A stretch of DNA of 64,000 bases from Octopus bimaculoides (taxonomy: Eukaryota). A program made the position numbers and the translations under genes. The DNA is taken from positions 10,075,788-10,139,787 of the forward strand of contig NC_068997.1 in the NCBI RefSeq assembly GCF_001194135.2, given 5' to 3'. This document shows positions 1 to 14,392 of this stretch, in pieces (the first letter of the stretch is position 1; every line of letters starts with the position of its first letter). The notes below the pieces were generated by a model. That model was given only the letters and a program-made list of their open reading frames with translations. It was not told the DNA's origin and searched no databases.

Positions 1-272
1 ACCCTTAATGTAGTTCTCGGGGATATTCAGCGTGACACAGTGTGACAAGGCTGACCCTTTGAATTACAGGCACAACAGAAACAGGAAGTAAGAGTGAGAG
101 AAAGTTGTGGTGAAAGAGTACAGCAGGGTTCGCCACCATCCCCTGCCGGAGCCTCGTGGAGCTTTAGGTGTTTTCGCTCAATAAACACTCACAACGCCCG
201 GTCTGGGAATCAAAACCGCGATCCTATGACCGCGAGTCTGCTGTCCTAACCACTGGGCCATTGCGCCTCCAC
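1..272 (-). mobile_element. tRNA-derived SINE (family A), cut by the window edge
   Basis: Near-identical to 63020-63281. Confidence 0.9.
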
Positions 273-2635
273 TCATTTGCTGGTATAATGATGTAAAATG
301 GTTCCTGCTGGGGATTGAAACTAAATAAATATTCACTGTTGGTCATCTTATTGCCACATTCAAGAGGATGATGATGAAGAAGCATCCTTCTTGAACCCTG
401 TAGACTCATAAGGGACAGTTCCCCAGTTTCTGTGGTGTATATATATATTTACCCCTTGGATGGAATGCCAGTGTATCACAGGGTTATTTGCTTTTGCCAG
501 CCGAGTGGACTGTAGCAATGTGAAATGAAGTGTTTTGCTCAAGAACAATGTGTTTCCCTATCCAAGAATTGAAACCACAATCTTGTGATTTATGAGTCCA
601 ACACCTTAACCACTATGTCACATGCCAGTGGAAGAATGACATGCAATTCTGTTCAGTAAAGCAAAGGCCTTAGGAACACTGATGACCCCAATCTACTCTC
701 AAACATGGAACAAGCAAAATAGGTTGCTCCTGTCCCATACTCAGGACCCCAACATTTTGATGTAAAGTGATTTCCTCTGAGAAATGCATTTTATTTGCTG
801 TGCTTGGAGAAAATGACTGTGCCCATGGCCGTTTTAAGGAAATCTGACACCATTGATATTAATACTGTTCTGTTTAACCATTTTGAAACTAATCTGCCTG
901 AGACTGTCTCTGGTCCTCTGATGCAAACTGCCTGTTTTAAAGTAAGATCCAAGACATTCAAGCTTCTTTTATCTTTTACTTGTTTCAGTCATTGGACTGC
1001 AGCCATGCTGGGGCACCACCTTCAAAGGTTTTAGTCAAACAAACTGCCTCTGACACTTATATTTTTTAAAGCTCAGTTACCTGTTCTATTAGTTTCTTTT
1101 GCTGAACCTTATAACTATAAGGATGTAAAAAAACCCAGCACCAGTTGTCCAACAGTGGTGAGAGACAAACACAAATATAAATAAAGACACATACACATAA
1201 ATATATCCAGGCTTCTTTCAGTTTCCATCTACCAAATCCACTCGCAAGAATTTGGTCAACTTGATGCTATGGTGCCATGCAGTGGGACTGAATCCAAAAG
1301 CATGTGCTTTGGATGCAAACATCTTATCACACAGCCATGCTTGGAAAGACAGACATAAAAAGGTGATCCTTTCATGTTTTCCTTGTGTTTCTTCATATTT
1401 GTGCTTATCCTTCACCATTGCTTAACAACCAGTGTTTGTTTATGTCTCCGTAACTTAGAAGTTCAGCAAAAGAAACTGATAGAATATGTACCAGGCTTAA
1501 AGAATAAGAACTGGGGTCAATTTGTTCTACTGAAACCTTTCCAAGGCAGTACTCCTGCATGGTCACAGTGAAACAAAAGATAAAAGATAGTAAATTGAGG
1601 GATATTTGGCTGTTATGTGTAGCAAGTCAAGAGAATATGTGGAACAGGAGTCAGCAATGTCATTATATAATGGCCCACTTTTGATTTTTTGTTTCCCATG
1701 GCCCATCCATCCATCCATCCATCCATCCATCCATACATACATACATACATACATGCATGTAAAAAGCACTGGTACCACATAAAAAGTGCTCTGATGCTAT
1801 GTAAAAAGCAACCAGTACACTCTGTAAAGTGGTTGGTATGTTAGGAAGGGCATCCAGCCCTAGAAACCAGGCCAAAACAAACGACTGGAGCCTGGTGCAG
1901 CCAACCAATTTGCCAACTTATGTCAACCCATCCAACCCATGCCAGCATGGAAAACGGATTTTAAATGATGACAACGATGATGATGATGATGATGATGATC
2001 TTACATTTAAAATTATTCCTTATATCCCCATCCCATTTCCATCACTGGTAATGCATCATTGGCATCATCATCATCATCATCATTTACTGTGCATATTCTA
2101 TGCTGTCATAGGTTGGACGATTCAGCTGGATCCAATGTGTCCAAAGACTGCATGGAACTCCAGTGCCTCTATCTGCTTTGCCATGATGGTTTCTACGGTT
2201 GAATGCCCTTCCTAACATCAACCACTCGACAGCATGGACTGGGTGCTTGTTTTCTGTTCCACTACCAATATTGAGGTTGCCATGCAATTTACAGGACTAT
2301 GAACCGTGAGGAAGGTGGGGGTGGGGCAACAGTTTCATGTGAAGGGACGAGGGGATTGCTATAAGGGGATCTGTATGGCTACTCACTGTAGAAGGATCTG
2401 CATTGCTACATACATACATACACACACACACACACAAATATAGGGCAAAGGGTGAAAGAGAAAGGAAAACATATATTCAAGTAAAAATCAAATTGTGACA
2501 CTAAAGACTAGCTGAGAATCAACTTTTCAGTGACATTATTAAATATGAAAAGATTTTTAGATAAGGTTTGTGAACATGTCAGTTGTCCACATGTCAAGTA
2601 TGGCCACTTGTTGCCAATCCCTGGCATAGAGACTC

Positions 2636-3415
2636 CATTTTGATTCAAGGCAGACTGTATGACGCATGTGTATGAACAGCCATGCTACATGGCAGTGAAA
2701 CATGGGCTGTGACTGCTGAGGACATGCGTAAGCTCACAAGGAATGAAGCCAGTATGCTCCGCTGGATGTGTAATGTCAGTGTGCATACCCGTCAGAGTGT
2801 AAGTATCTTGAGAGAAAAGCTGAACATAAGAAGCATCAGTTGTGGTGTGCAAGAGAGACGATTGCGCTGGTATGGACATGTGGTGAGAATGGATGAGGAT
2901 AGCTATGTGAAAAAGTGCCANNNNNNNNNNNNNNNNNNNNNNNNNNNNNNNNNNNNNNNNNNNNNNNNNNNNNNNNNNNNNNNNNNNNNNNNNNNNNNNN
3001 NNNNNNNNNNNNNNNNNNNNNNNNNNNNNNNNNNNNNNNNNNNNNNNNNNNNNNNNNNNNNNNNNNNNNNNNNNNNNNNNNNNNNNNNNNNNNNNNNNNN
3101 NNNNNNNNNNNNNNNNNNNNTGCCAGTGCCACTGGACTGGCTCTTGTGCGGGTGGCACATAAAAGACACCATTTTGAGCGTGGCCATTGCCAGTACCGCC
3201 TGACTGGCCCTCGTGCAGGTGACACGATGGTGGATCTAATGTGCCCGGTGGCATGTAAAAGCACCCACTACACTCTCGGAGTGGTTGGCGTTAGGAAGGG
3301 CATCCAACTGTAGAAACTCTGCCAAATTAGATTGGAGCCTGGTGTTGCCATCCGGTTTCACCAGTCCTCAGTCAAATCGTCCAACCCATGCCAGCATGGA
3401 AAGCGGACGTTAAAC

Positions 3416-3445
<30 letters not shown>
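2636..3445 (+). mobile_element. 5'-truncated RTE-clade LINE: end of the RT ORF, gap, 3' UTR and (GAT)n tail
   Basis: ORF 2682 reads HGSETWAVT...RNEASMLRWMCNVS...ERRLRWYGHVVRMDED, the typical RTE C-terminal YGSETW/RLRWYGHV.RM pattern. It is followed by the 3' UTR seen throughout the window and a GAT tail at 3417-3445. Confidence 0.9.
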
Positions 3446-3446
<1 letters not shown>

Positions 3447-5479
3447 TGTACCTATTTTAAAATTAGAAATGTTTCATGAAGGAGATTTATAGTGAACAGG
3501 TAGAGTGGTTGCATAGGAACCCCTTGATTTGCTCATGTGATCCCCTGTTTTATAGATAGTATGCTGGTTTGATAAAGATTTGCTTGCTATTTTCAACTGA
3601 TTCAAAAACTATGCAGTTAGCTCCCTTGTTATTTTGAGGTCCCTTTTTAAAAAGCCAGTACTTAAATTTGATAGGAGGTTTTTGGTGGTTACATGAAGCA
3701 GGTTGAAAGTCTACGCAGAAAGCTTCTATGCTATTTTTATGATCAGTAATTTTAAAAACAAAAGATTTAATTGTTACACCAGATAGGTTAAGAGGCTAAA
3801 CCAGGACACTCCCATACTATTTTGTGGTACCTACTTCAAAGACAATATGGTTTGACAAAGGAATTTTGGCTACTTCGAAGAACAGACTGAGCAATTACAT
3901 AGAAAATCAGACAAATAAACAAACACTTCCTTTTGCTGGTTCACTCCCGATCCTTGTTGAAAGGCAGCAGAGAGATCGCTTTATGGACGATTCCAGCTGA
4001 TATATTTCACCTGTTAGAATTGATTACTTAAAAGAGCTCCTTCTTCGGCTTAGCTGTCGTTAGAGGTGCCAGGTAAGAGGCTATCGTAAATAGCCAACCG
4101 TACCGTTAAAGGTTAATATGTTATAGTACATCAACCGTAGCGGTTGCAATGTTGGCAGAGAGAGAGAGAGAGAGAGAGAGAGTGTGTGTGTGTGTGTGAC
4201 AGTATCAACAGTTCCAATGACATGCAACAACAGCCGATAGTTGGTTCCTGCTACCGTTTTCAGAACTATTGCCTGTTAATAATACAACTGTTGCAGAAAA
4301 ATAATGGTGTAGGCCTGAGTCAGATGCGATTGGATACTGCATCAATAACTGTACCAGTAGTAGTAGCAGCAGCAGTAGTGGAAAATAAAATACTAATAGT
4401 GGTATTAGTAAGGTAAAGTACGAAAGAAGACAGCTGGCAAGGTTCTTTTTTATTTTATTTTCTGTGTGCAGTAAAGGCTGCCAGCAACGAGAGGCGCATG
4501 GCAAAACAGTTGCAGTAGAAATATCAGAACTAATAGCGAATAATAAATCCGTTCAGTAGTAGTAATAGTACTATCAATAATAGTCATATCTACAAGTAGT
4601 AGTGGTAGTAATGTTATAACAATGGTATGTACTACCACTACACGTGTATACATTTACAACAGCTACTTCTGTGTATTACAATTTCAGCTAGTAGTAGTAA
4701 TAGTAGTAGCAGCAGTAGTAGTAGTAGTAGTAGCAACAGTAGTTGTAGTAGGTGTTGATAATATGAAGCACTACAAACAGCTGTGTGACTAGTTGTTGTT
4801 TAACCCCGGGTCAGTCCTGAGAGTGGATCAACGGTGTTCCAAGCTGAACTATCCTTTATATATATATATATATATATATACATATACATTTATTTTCAGG
4901 CATAGTACATCAGGGATTACATTAGCCAATGTGTCCTTAATTCTTTTAAGGCCGTAGGGTGATATTAGGAGAGGGAAGTTTGCCCGCTATTTCCAACAAG
5001 TCAAATGCCCACATAAAGGCAACCTCGTTGGAAGTGGTATAGAATCTACTACTACTACTACTACTACTACTAGCAGTTATAACGTTACTTTAATTAACGG
5101 CAGCAGCAGTTGTAACCGAAGAGAGAGCTTTTACATGGTAGATTGACCTGCTAGAAACAACAGCTAGATTCCCTCGCATCAAACCTTGTCGTCCTGCAAA
5201 AGGAAGGACACATTATACAATGTAGCTCTACATATACGCGTTAGGGGACAGTCACGGTTGGATCATAATTCTACTCAATTAGAACAAACCTGTGGCAAAA
5301 AAAATTGTAGTAGTAGTAATCGTAGTAGTAGCTGTAACAAGTAACGGTTAGAAGTAATATTACAGTAGTGGTAGTAGTAGTAGTAGTAGTAATACCAATA
5401 GATATAGCAACAGTAGTAGTAGTGGTAGTAGTAGTAGTAGTGATATCCCTTTTACTCACCCATTTAGTACCCAGGCCTC

Positions 5480-5830
5480 TGAAACTATGACCAGCATCAA
5501 GTACCACTAACCATTTCTATCATCTCGGCCACCACCGCCATCATCATCGTCATCGTCATCATCATCATCATAATCACTACTATCATCATCATCATCACTT
5601 TCACCACCACCATCATCATCATCATCATCACTATTATCAACTCCACCACAAGCTCCATCACCACCGCCACAAACACCACCACCACCACCATCATCACTAC
5701 CATTATCATCATCATCATCACTTCGACCACGACTACCATTACCACTACCATCATCATCATCGTCGACCACCACCACCACCACCATCACCATCATCATCAC
5801 TTCCACCACGACCACCACCACTACCACGGG
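5480..5830. repeat. Compound (CAT)n/(CAC)n microsatellite
   Basis: Read directly. It generates the low-complexity ORFs 5497..5760 and 5507..5980. Confidence 0.95.
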
Positions 5831-6310
5831 TAATCGATTTCGCTCCGGACGACGACATATTCCGTTGCAAGTATTACAAGAGTAATGTCCCCTCACAACG
5901 TGCTCTCCGCCATTTCTGTTTTGGTTGTTGCCACTAGCTTTGCTGCACTCCCATCTCGATGTATATATTATATACACCAATGTAAGTGTGTGTGTTTACT
6001 AATAATATTTAGATCACTTATTTACCACAATCACGTTATGGCTGTTTACTTTTACTTTTGCCGTTATCATTGTTGTTTTATTTCCCTTTTTGCCATTAGA
6101 ATCACTGTGTAACGTTTACCTTCTCTATTTCGCCGTCGTCGTCCTTTCCTTTTTTTTTTTGAAATATAAGCCTTTGACCGCAACAAGCTGTTAGTATGTG
6201 TGTGTATATGTATGTCTATATATATATACATATACGTATGATTGTATGTCTATATATATATATATATACATACATACATATATATGTGTGTGTGTGCGAT
6301 TGTGTGTACG

Positions 6311-6347
<37 letters not shown>

Positions 6348-7604
6348 ATGTCTGTATATACATGTGTGTATGTGTGCACGTATATATATATATATATNNN
6401 NNNNNNNNNNNNNNNNNNNNNNNNNNNNNNNNNNNNNNNNNNNNNNNNNNNNNNNNNNNNNNNNNNNNNNNNNNNNNNNNNNNNNNNNNNNNNNNNNNNN
6501 NNNNNNNNNNNNNNNNNNNNNNNNNNNNNNNNNNNNNNNNNNNNNNNNNNNNNNNNNNNNNNNNNNNNNNNNNNNNNNNNNNNNNNNNNNNNNNNNNNNN
6601 NNNNNNNNNNNNNNNNNNNNNNNNNNNNNNNNNNNNNNNNNNNNNNNNNNNNNNNNNNNNNNNNNNNNNNNNNNNNNNNNNNNNNNNACGTTTACCTTCT
6701 CTATTTCGCCGTCGTCGTCCTTTCCTTTTTTTTTTTGAAATATAAGCCTTTGACCGCAACAAGCTGTTAGTATGTGTGTGTATATGTATGTCTATATATA
6801 TATACATATACGTATGATTGTATGTCTATATATATATATATATACATACATACATATATACACACACACTTTAAAATTTGTACAGACCTTGTTGATGATC
6901 AACTTCCTTCGTTAGTACTCGGAGTTTCTTGCTTGAGAACAATCTTTTATTGTCGTTTAAAGGACCACCGCAGCTAGCGAGCCGCCTCATACATACATAC
7001 ATATATATATATATAGATATAGGAGTTCTCTTTTCCCAACACCACACAAATTCACATCACACACACACACACTTAAACAGAAAATTTCAAAACTATCATC
7101 AATACACACGCTAATATTTATATATCGTTGTACATAAATACAATTCATAAAGTACATATCCTGCGTGTATGTATATATATATATATACATATATATGTGT
7201 GTGTGTGTGTTTGTATTAGAAAACAGGCATATTTGAATAACGCAGTGTATATACATACATACATATATGTGTGTGTTCAGCAGCAGGTGCTCTCAAAGAA
7301 ATTTGGAGAGTATCTGTTCGGAAATGTTTGATGGTTCGGAGAGGGGGGTGGGGGAAGCGACGTATTGATACCCAGTTTGAGAGTATCCGCTGTTATTGTT
7401 GCTACATCTTTGATGATGATGATAGTGATATTGGTGCAACTACTGTTGTTGGGATTCCATTAACTAGGTTAGTGGTGGCATTACATGTTTCCAGGGGGAA
7501 CTGGGGAGTATTTGTCGATTGCTCGTTCACTCTCTCTCTCTCTTTCTCTTGGTTTGGAATCTGTCTCTCTCCATTCGAATCCACTACATACACAGAAATG
7601 TATT

Positions 7605-7643
<39 letters not shown>

Positions 7644-7765
7644 CACATTCAACATGCATATATCTATGTGTCACATATACAAACACACCCTTACAGAGAT
7701 AATTATTGGTGCTCGCACACGAAAACAATTTTGGTTCGCTCATGCATCAACTGACGCTGAAGTGG

Positions 7766-7811
<46 letters not shown>

Positions 7812-8650
7812 NNNNNNNNNNNNNNNNNNNNNNNNNNNNNNNNNNNNNNNNNNNNNNNNNNNNNNNNNNNNNNNNNNNNNNNNNNNNNNNNNNNNNNNNN
7901 NNNNNNNNNNNNNNNNNNNNNNNNNNNNNNNNNNNNNNNNNNNNNNNNNNNNNNNNNNNNNNNNNNNNNNNNNNNNNNNNNNNNNNNNNNNNNNNNNNNN
8001 NNNNNNNNNNNNNNNNNNNNNNNNNNNNNNNNNNNNNNNNNNNNNNNNNNNNNNNNNNNNNNNNNNNNNNNNNNNNNNNNNNNNNNNNNNNNNNNNNNNN
8101 NNNNNATATATATATATATATATATATACACTCTGTGTGTGTTGCTGTGTCTGTGTGACTCGACTGTTTATCTTGCAGCTAAGAGAAGAATGGAAAATGA
8201 GAAACTCGCTTGTAACGAGTGTGAAAGAGTTTATCGACAAACTAGGGTATCCCATCCCATTTCAATACGTTCGGTTTTTCTGTGTTCTATGGATGTGTAT
8301 ATACAATTAGAAACGACATTTAATTCATACGCACGCACACACCTCTCTCTCTCTATATATGTGTTTTTGTGTGTGAGTGTTACACACACACACACACATA
8401 GAAACACCTCCAATCTATAATAGTACTTGTTATTGAACACTGATCACTTTTAGTACATCTTATTCTCTTATCTGTCTCAACTTTTGACGATCAGATAGAT
8501 CCGCAAGTGCGACCTGTTTCTCTTCGCACCGACTGTTCTATTAACACTTGATCAACGGCATTTTGAAGAAGGCTGGTTCAGCCTGAATTGATGTGTCAAT
8601 CCGCGCGCCTACATACATACGCACACACACGTATATATGTCTATATGTAC

Positions 8651-8692
<42 letters not shown>

Positions 8693-10916
8693 CTTCGGTA
8701 TTTATATATACACATGCACACTTTTGTACACACACGCAAACATATATGCATGTGTATATGGATGTGTGTGTATTTACATGTAGTTCGAATATTTAAAGTT
8801 AATATAGAAAAACGCGAGGCTGGGATTGTTTTTTTTCATTCTTCTTCGAAATTTGTTTATTCACTTTGATGTTACCCCACCCCGCCATTAAACTTAATTT
8901 AAGTGTTTATATATTTTAGTAACAATGCTGAGAGTGGATTGTAAGTAGCGGTCAGTCAGTTGTGTGTGTGTGTGTGTGTGGAGTTCAGTTCATTTTTGAG
9001 CAATCTGACCGTTCGTTGTTGTTCATGTCTTCTAGTTGTTGCTTATTAGAAGAATCATACACAAGGTGTAATTACTAACCAGGCAAGAGATTGTCCGAAC
9101 CTACAAGATATCGCCAAACTCTTCTTCGTTCATACGAGGTTTAGTGGTGTTAGTTAAGGGTCGCTGAACAGGTTTTCTAAGTGCCACGCATCAAAGTATC
9201 AATCTTTGTATCACTTATGCTTTACAGCTAAATCATATATCTATATATATATACACCTTACGCTATTTATTGTGTAGCCATTGGGCGCTGTTCGGTCCTA
9301 AATAATTCGGCAGAACTTATGGTTTGATCAAAGATTTTTTTTCCGGCCGTAAACATCCTTTTTTTTAACCCTCTCTTCGTTCAATGTATCCTTTCATTTT
9401 TAAAACTGTAGTGTTTGATTTGAGGGAAAGATCTAGCTACTATTTCTAGCTGCTCGAACGATCACAAAGTCTACTTCTTTCTCCTTTCTCTTTGGCCCGT
9501 TATTTTGCCAGTATCGGAAGTGTATTTATTGTAGCTGTTGTTTAACTGTAGGTCAACCTTGATCGGGGGAAACCAATGAAGGGGATATCTTGCGAATAAA
9601 TACATTATCAAACGTATTTCTTATTGAAGGTGGTAGGAGGTGATAGGTGATTTTTTTTATGTGTGTGAGTGGAAATTTTGGTTGCTGTTTCCAACAGGTT
9701 TAACGACCATGGAGTAAAAGGAAAAGAAAATATAGCTCGATCGGAAGGAAGTAGGTGCACAGTTGTGATGGAGAGATGCTTGTTGGTCGGCATTTCTCGT
9801 TGCTGTTGTTGGACACCAACCAACCATCCATCTCTCAGCTGTGATGTGGCCTGTTTGTGTGTGTGTGCATGTATTTGTGTCAATGTGTGTATTTATGCGC
9901 GCCTCTATATGTCACTGTGTGAGTGTATGTAGAACAAGTGCTTTCTTTTTTTTTTTCATCAGGTGAAAAAATAAGACAAATTAAGCACTTGTCTTTTGAC
10001 CCCTGTTTTTCTCTTGTCATATTTAAAAAAAAAAAAATTTACGAACCAATATAATAATTTCTCTGGCGTTGTTCGATTAGAAATAGGAAGGAAGGAAGTG
10101 AAAGATTAATCAGAGGTAAATACACTCGAAATATTATATTAATGAAATGAATAACTAACTAAATGAATAAATGAAACAATTCTTTAATTGGTAAATGGAA
10201 GAGGAGCAGAATAAAGAAATCCCTGAGACAACAGTTGTTAATTTAGTTCCGGATCAGCTAATAGAGCGGACCTATAATAATAAATAATAATAATGATAAT
10301 AATAATAATGTTGATGATGGTGATCAGGATCCCGTTCCAGCCTACACCGACATTTTTTCTTCAATCGTATCCTTCCCCCACCTTTTTTTTTTTCTTTTTG
10401 TAAATTTCTGTTTTCAAAACAGTAGGATATTTAAGTATGTGTGTGATGTTTCTAGCAGGTTGAGCCTTCCCTCGTTGGCGGCTCGTCGAAGACACCAGCT
10501 GAATATGAAACGTTAATAAATAACAACGAACTTGCTTTCTGTATTTCCTTCTTCCCACCAAATATCCTGCCAAAATTTCCCACCTTGCATCTGTGGAATA
10601 TATGTCGTATCACCTGTCGCTTGGATATATATATATATATTATACATCTCTCTCAATTCACCATCTCTCCAGCTGTACAATTTTACCNNNNNNNNNNATT
10701 TAAACCATTTATCTTTATTTTTACCTTATTGTATCTCTCTATTTCTTTCTCGTTCATTTATTCTCCGTCTTTTTTTCTCTCAGATTTCATCTTCTCGTTT
10801 ACACATACATACACACACATCAGTTCAGTTCACTTCACCTATCCCTCACTAGCTTTCCTCCTTTCACATCTATCTATCTATCTATCTATCTTCATTCATC
10901 TCTCTTTCCTTCTCAA

Positions 10917-10951
<35 letters not shown>

Positions 10952-11302
10952 TATACATCTCTCTCAATTCACCATCTCTCCAGCTGTACAATTTTACCTT
11001 CGCTTCATTATAACGCCTCTCACGTTTCAATTCATTTTCTCTCTCTCGCTCTCTCTCTCTTTACCTGTAAATACCCCCCTTCACTCTCTCCTCTTCTCTT
11101 TCTTTACCTGTAAGTACCTCGTCCACTCTCTCTTTCTCACCCTTCGACCCTCTTATTCTGCGACATCTTTCTCTGTTTATTCCATCATCATCATCATCGT
11201 TATCATCACTATCACTCTCATCACACAAAAATAAAAAATAAAAACTGTCAGTTTGTATATACTCTCCAACACATTTGTCATTAATTTCCCTGTGTTATTT
11301 GT

Positions 11303-11350
<48 letters not shown>

Positions 11351-11459
11351 ATATATAGTGTGAAATGATAAAGCTATTTTACTTTTATTTCTCAGTTAAA
11401 CCAGATTAATAGATGAAGATAACTCACCACACATTACACTGATTTGATCTAGCCCACCT

Positions 11460-11498
<39 letters not shown>

Positions 11499-11829
11499 GT
11501 GAAACAATAGTAACAACACCAACAACAACAATTATTTCTCTGATTATAGAAAATGCAGTAAATTGATCGCTTCATTAGATAACCTTATTTTTCGATCTCT
11601 AGGTATTTTTTTCTTCTTCTTTGGTTAACACCTTTATTAATATACCCTCTTCCATACGTGTCGGGTGTGTGTGTATGTATGTATGTGTGTGTATATATGC
11701 GTAACTAGGCTATTAAATCCGTATGATGGTTTTTCGTATGTATCAGTGAGAATATTTTCGATCTTCATGACACAGAAGGTGTGTGTGTGTGTGTTGGTTG
11801 TTACGTCTATACTACATATTCATATAGTC

Positions 11830-11904
<75 letters not shown>

Positions 11905-12093
11905 AATAATATAGTATGTGTTGTGTGTATATATTTATGTATGTACATATGTACATTGCATGTGTGTCTATAAAATATATCTATATGTATATAATGCATG
12001 TATATCTGTGTATATATATGTATGTACGTATATTTTATAATACATACTGGTACATACAAGCAGTTTGTGTGTGTGTATGTATATATATATATA

Positions 12094-12164
<71 letters not shown>

Positions 12165-12744
12165 TCTTTATAAACTTATGTGTGTGTGTATCAAAGTCTC
12201 CACCTAGTTACTGCAGAAAATTGTTGTGATGGTGGAACAAATTATTATTATATTAGACACAGTTGTGTCACTTAGAATGACAATCAGCTGTTTGACTGCT
12301 TTTTCCTAAGCTAAATATCTATTTGCTGGTCTTTCCCTTTTATTCTACCTTTTCTTCTCTCTGTCTCTGCCTGTCTGTCTCTCTTCTGCTTGTCGTTTCT
12401 CGTAAGGCTCATCCTTTTTCTCTTTCTTCTTCTTCTTCCATTTTCTTTTTTTGTCCCCCTCTTAAATGTGACCTTTATTCCATTATTCTGTTCCCTGTTG
12501 TTGTTTTCACATTCAGTTCATTTTGTAGTATTATTTTTTTCCAAGTGTATCTTTTTTCTCCTTATCACCAGGGTGTACCCTGATTATTGAGTAAATATTT
12601 AACACCTGTCGAAAAACCCACCCCCTCCATCATACCCCATATATATTTATAATGAATAAACTATGGCACATGTTGAGTAATTTTTCTCATTTACACATCA
12701 AAACTAACACACACGCACATGCATATATATATATCTTTGGTGAA

Positions 12745-13083
12745 GGCGCATGGCTCAGTGGTTAGAGCGTCAGGCTGACAATCACGAGGCGGTGAGGTCA
12801 ATTCCCGGACTGGGCTGTGTGTTGTGTTCTTGAGCAAGACACTTTATTTCATGTTGCTCCAGTTCACTCAGCTGTAGAAATGAGTTGCAACATCACTGGT
12901 GCCAAGCTGTATCGGCCCCTTTGCCTTTCCCTTGGATAACATTGGTGGTGCGGAGAGGGGAGGCCAGTATGCATGGGTGACTGCTGGTCTTCCATAAACA
13001 ACCTTGTCCAGACTTGTGCATAAGAGGGGAACTTTCTAGGTGCAACCCCATGGTCAGTCATAACCGAAGGGGGTCTTTACCCT
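12745..13083 (+). mobile_element. tRNA-derived SINE family D
   Basis: A box TGGCTCAGTGG, B-box-like GGTCAATTCCC, core cttgagcaagacact...ctccagttcactcagctg, tail ggggtctttaccc. Confidence 0.85.
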
Positions 13084-13306
13084 CTATCCCATGTATATCT
13101 TTATATGTTTCTATGCTCATATGTGTGTATATACACATATACTCACGCATATTCATGTATGGAACAAAATAGAAAGAACCTTTTATTGTAATCATGGAAA
13201 CAAACAACTGAATATGTTTTCAGATTTGGTGATTATAAAATCATAATGTAAGATTGTGTGTGTGCGCATGTAAATGTATTACATATATATATATATACAT
13301 ATATGA

Positions 13307-13362
<56 letters not shown>

Positions 13363-13806
13363 AACGTATGTCTTATAAAACTATACTACGCATACAATTA
13401 CAGCCATTCCAAGAATTCAACATACCTCCATCATCAGCTGCCCCACGGATATCATTATGGTTTCGACACCTGGGCGGTACCATTCAATCCAGCGGTGTCA
13501 ACAGCACTAAAATAAGTGGTGTTTGGGAACAAACATACGTTAGATATTCACCACATCCATTCAGTCTTAATTCTAGGAAGGATTAAACACTAACATTATT
13601 AATTAAACTACCACAAAGAAACCACATTTACCCTATGTACAAAGACAGTATTGGTAAATAAATTCAATAAATAAACCTATAACTAACTCCTGAATTGTCT
13701 AACTAAACAGCAAACTAGCCGTTGAAGTCCGTGCAGATAATATTCCCATATATAACTGTTAATCCCTACACATATTTTTTCCCTCTCCGTTTTTTTGCCT
13801 CCCATC

Positions 13807-13844
13807 TCTTTCTGTTGAAGAGCATTCGCTTGAAACGTCTAAGA
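13807..13844 (+). ncRNA. Degenerate Penelope-type minimal hammerhead ribozyme motif
   Basis: tcttt-CTGTTGA-A-GAGC-attc-GCTT-GAAA-CGTC-taaga. A6 is replaced by T. Shares downstream ttcccgagcgtc with the 28.9 kb copy. Confidence 0.5.
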
Positions 13845-14010
13845 CTTTTCCTTTCTTCCCGAGCGTCAAACTAATACACCTGCTTGTTCCCTCACCTGTC
13901 TCTGTCTTTTGTTCATATATTTACAGGTGTCTTGAAACTGCTAAGTTATAGGGACATTAATTAACCAACACCAGGTGTCAAGTAGTGGGGGTACATATAC
14001 AATCACAAAG

Positions 14011-14043
<33 letters not shown>

Positions 14044-14392
14044 GATGGGCTTCAACACAGTTTCTGCCTTCCAAATTCACTGAGAAAGCATTATTCAGCC
14101 TGAGGCTCAATGTGCCACACAGTAGCTGTGAATCTAAAACCTGACTGCCTCATTAAGGTGTGGCCTCATGCCAGCATATGTTTCCCAGGGGAAAGGCCTT
14201 CTTCTTCGAGGTTTTTCTGATTTTGAATTGTCATCAATGCTTCTGTAATATTGCTCTTTTCTAGGTAGAACTGTTGGCTCCAACAAACCTATTTGTGCCT
14301 TTGGGAAGTGGTGGTTCATATTAGACTGGCCTCTCTCCTTTGACTTGTCCAGCATTGGATGCTCTCTACTAGGAACCTTTACATTGCTGGCA

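Noticed and set aside
6110-6850. Direct repeat of about 160 bp (6110-6272 and 6688-6850)
   Set aside because: The identical copies flank an N gap, so this is most likely an unmerged contig overlap. The same applies to 10620-10687/10930-10997, 35398-35465/35477-35540 and 58850-58915.
11665-12207. YI/CV/HT-rich ORFs here and throughout the window
   Set aside because: They are translations of (TA)n/(TG)n microsatellites.
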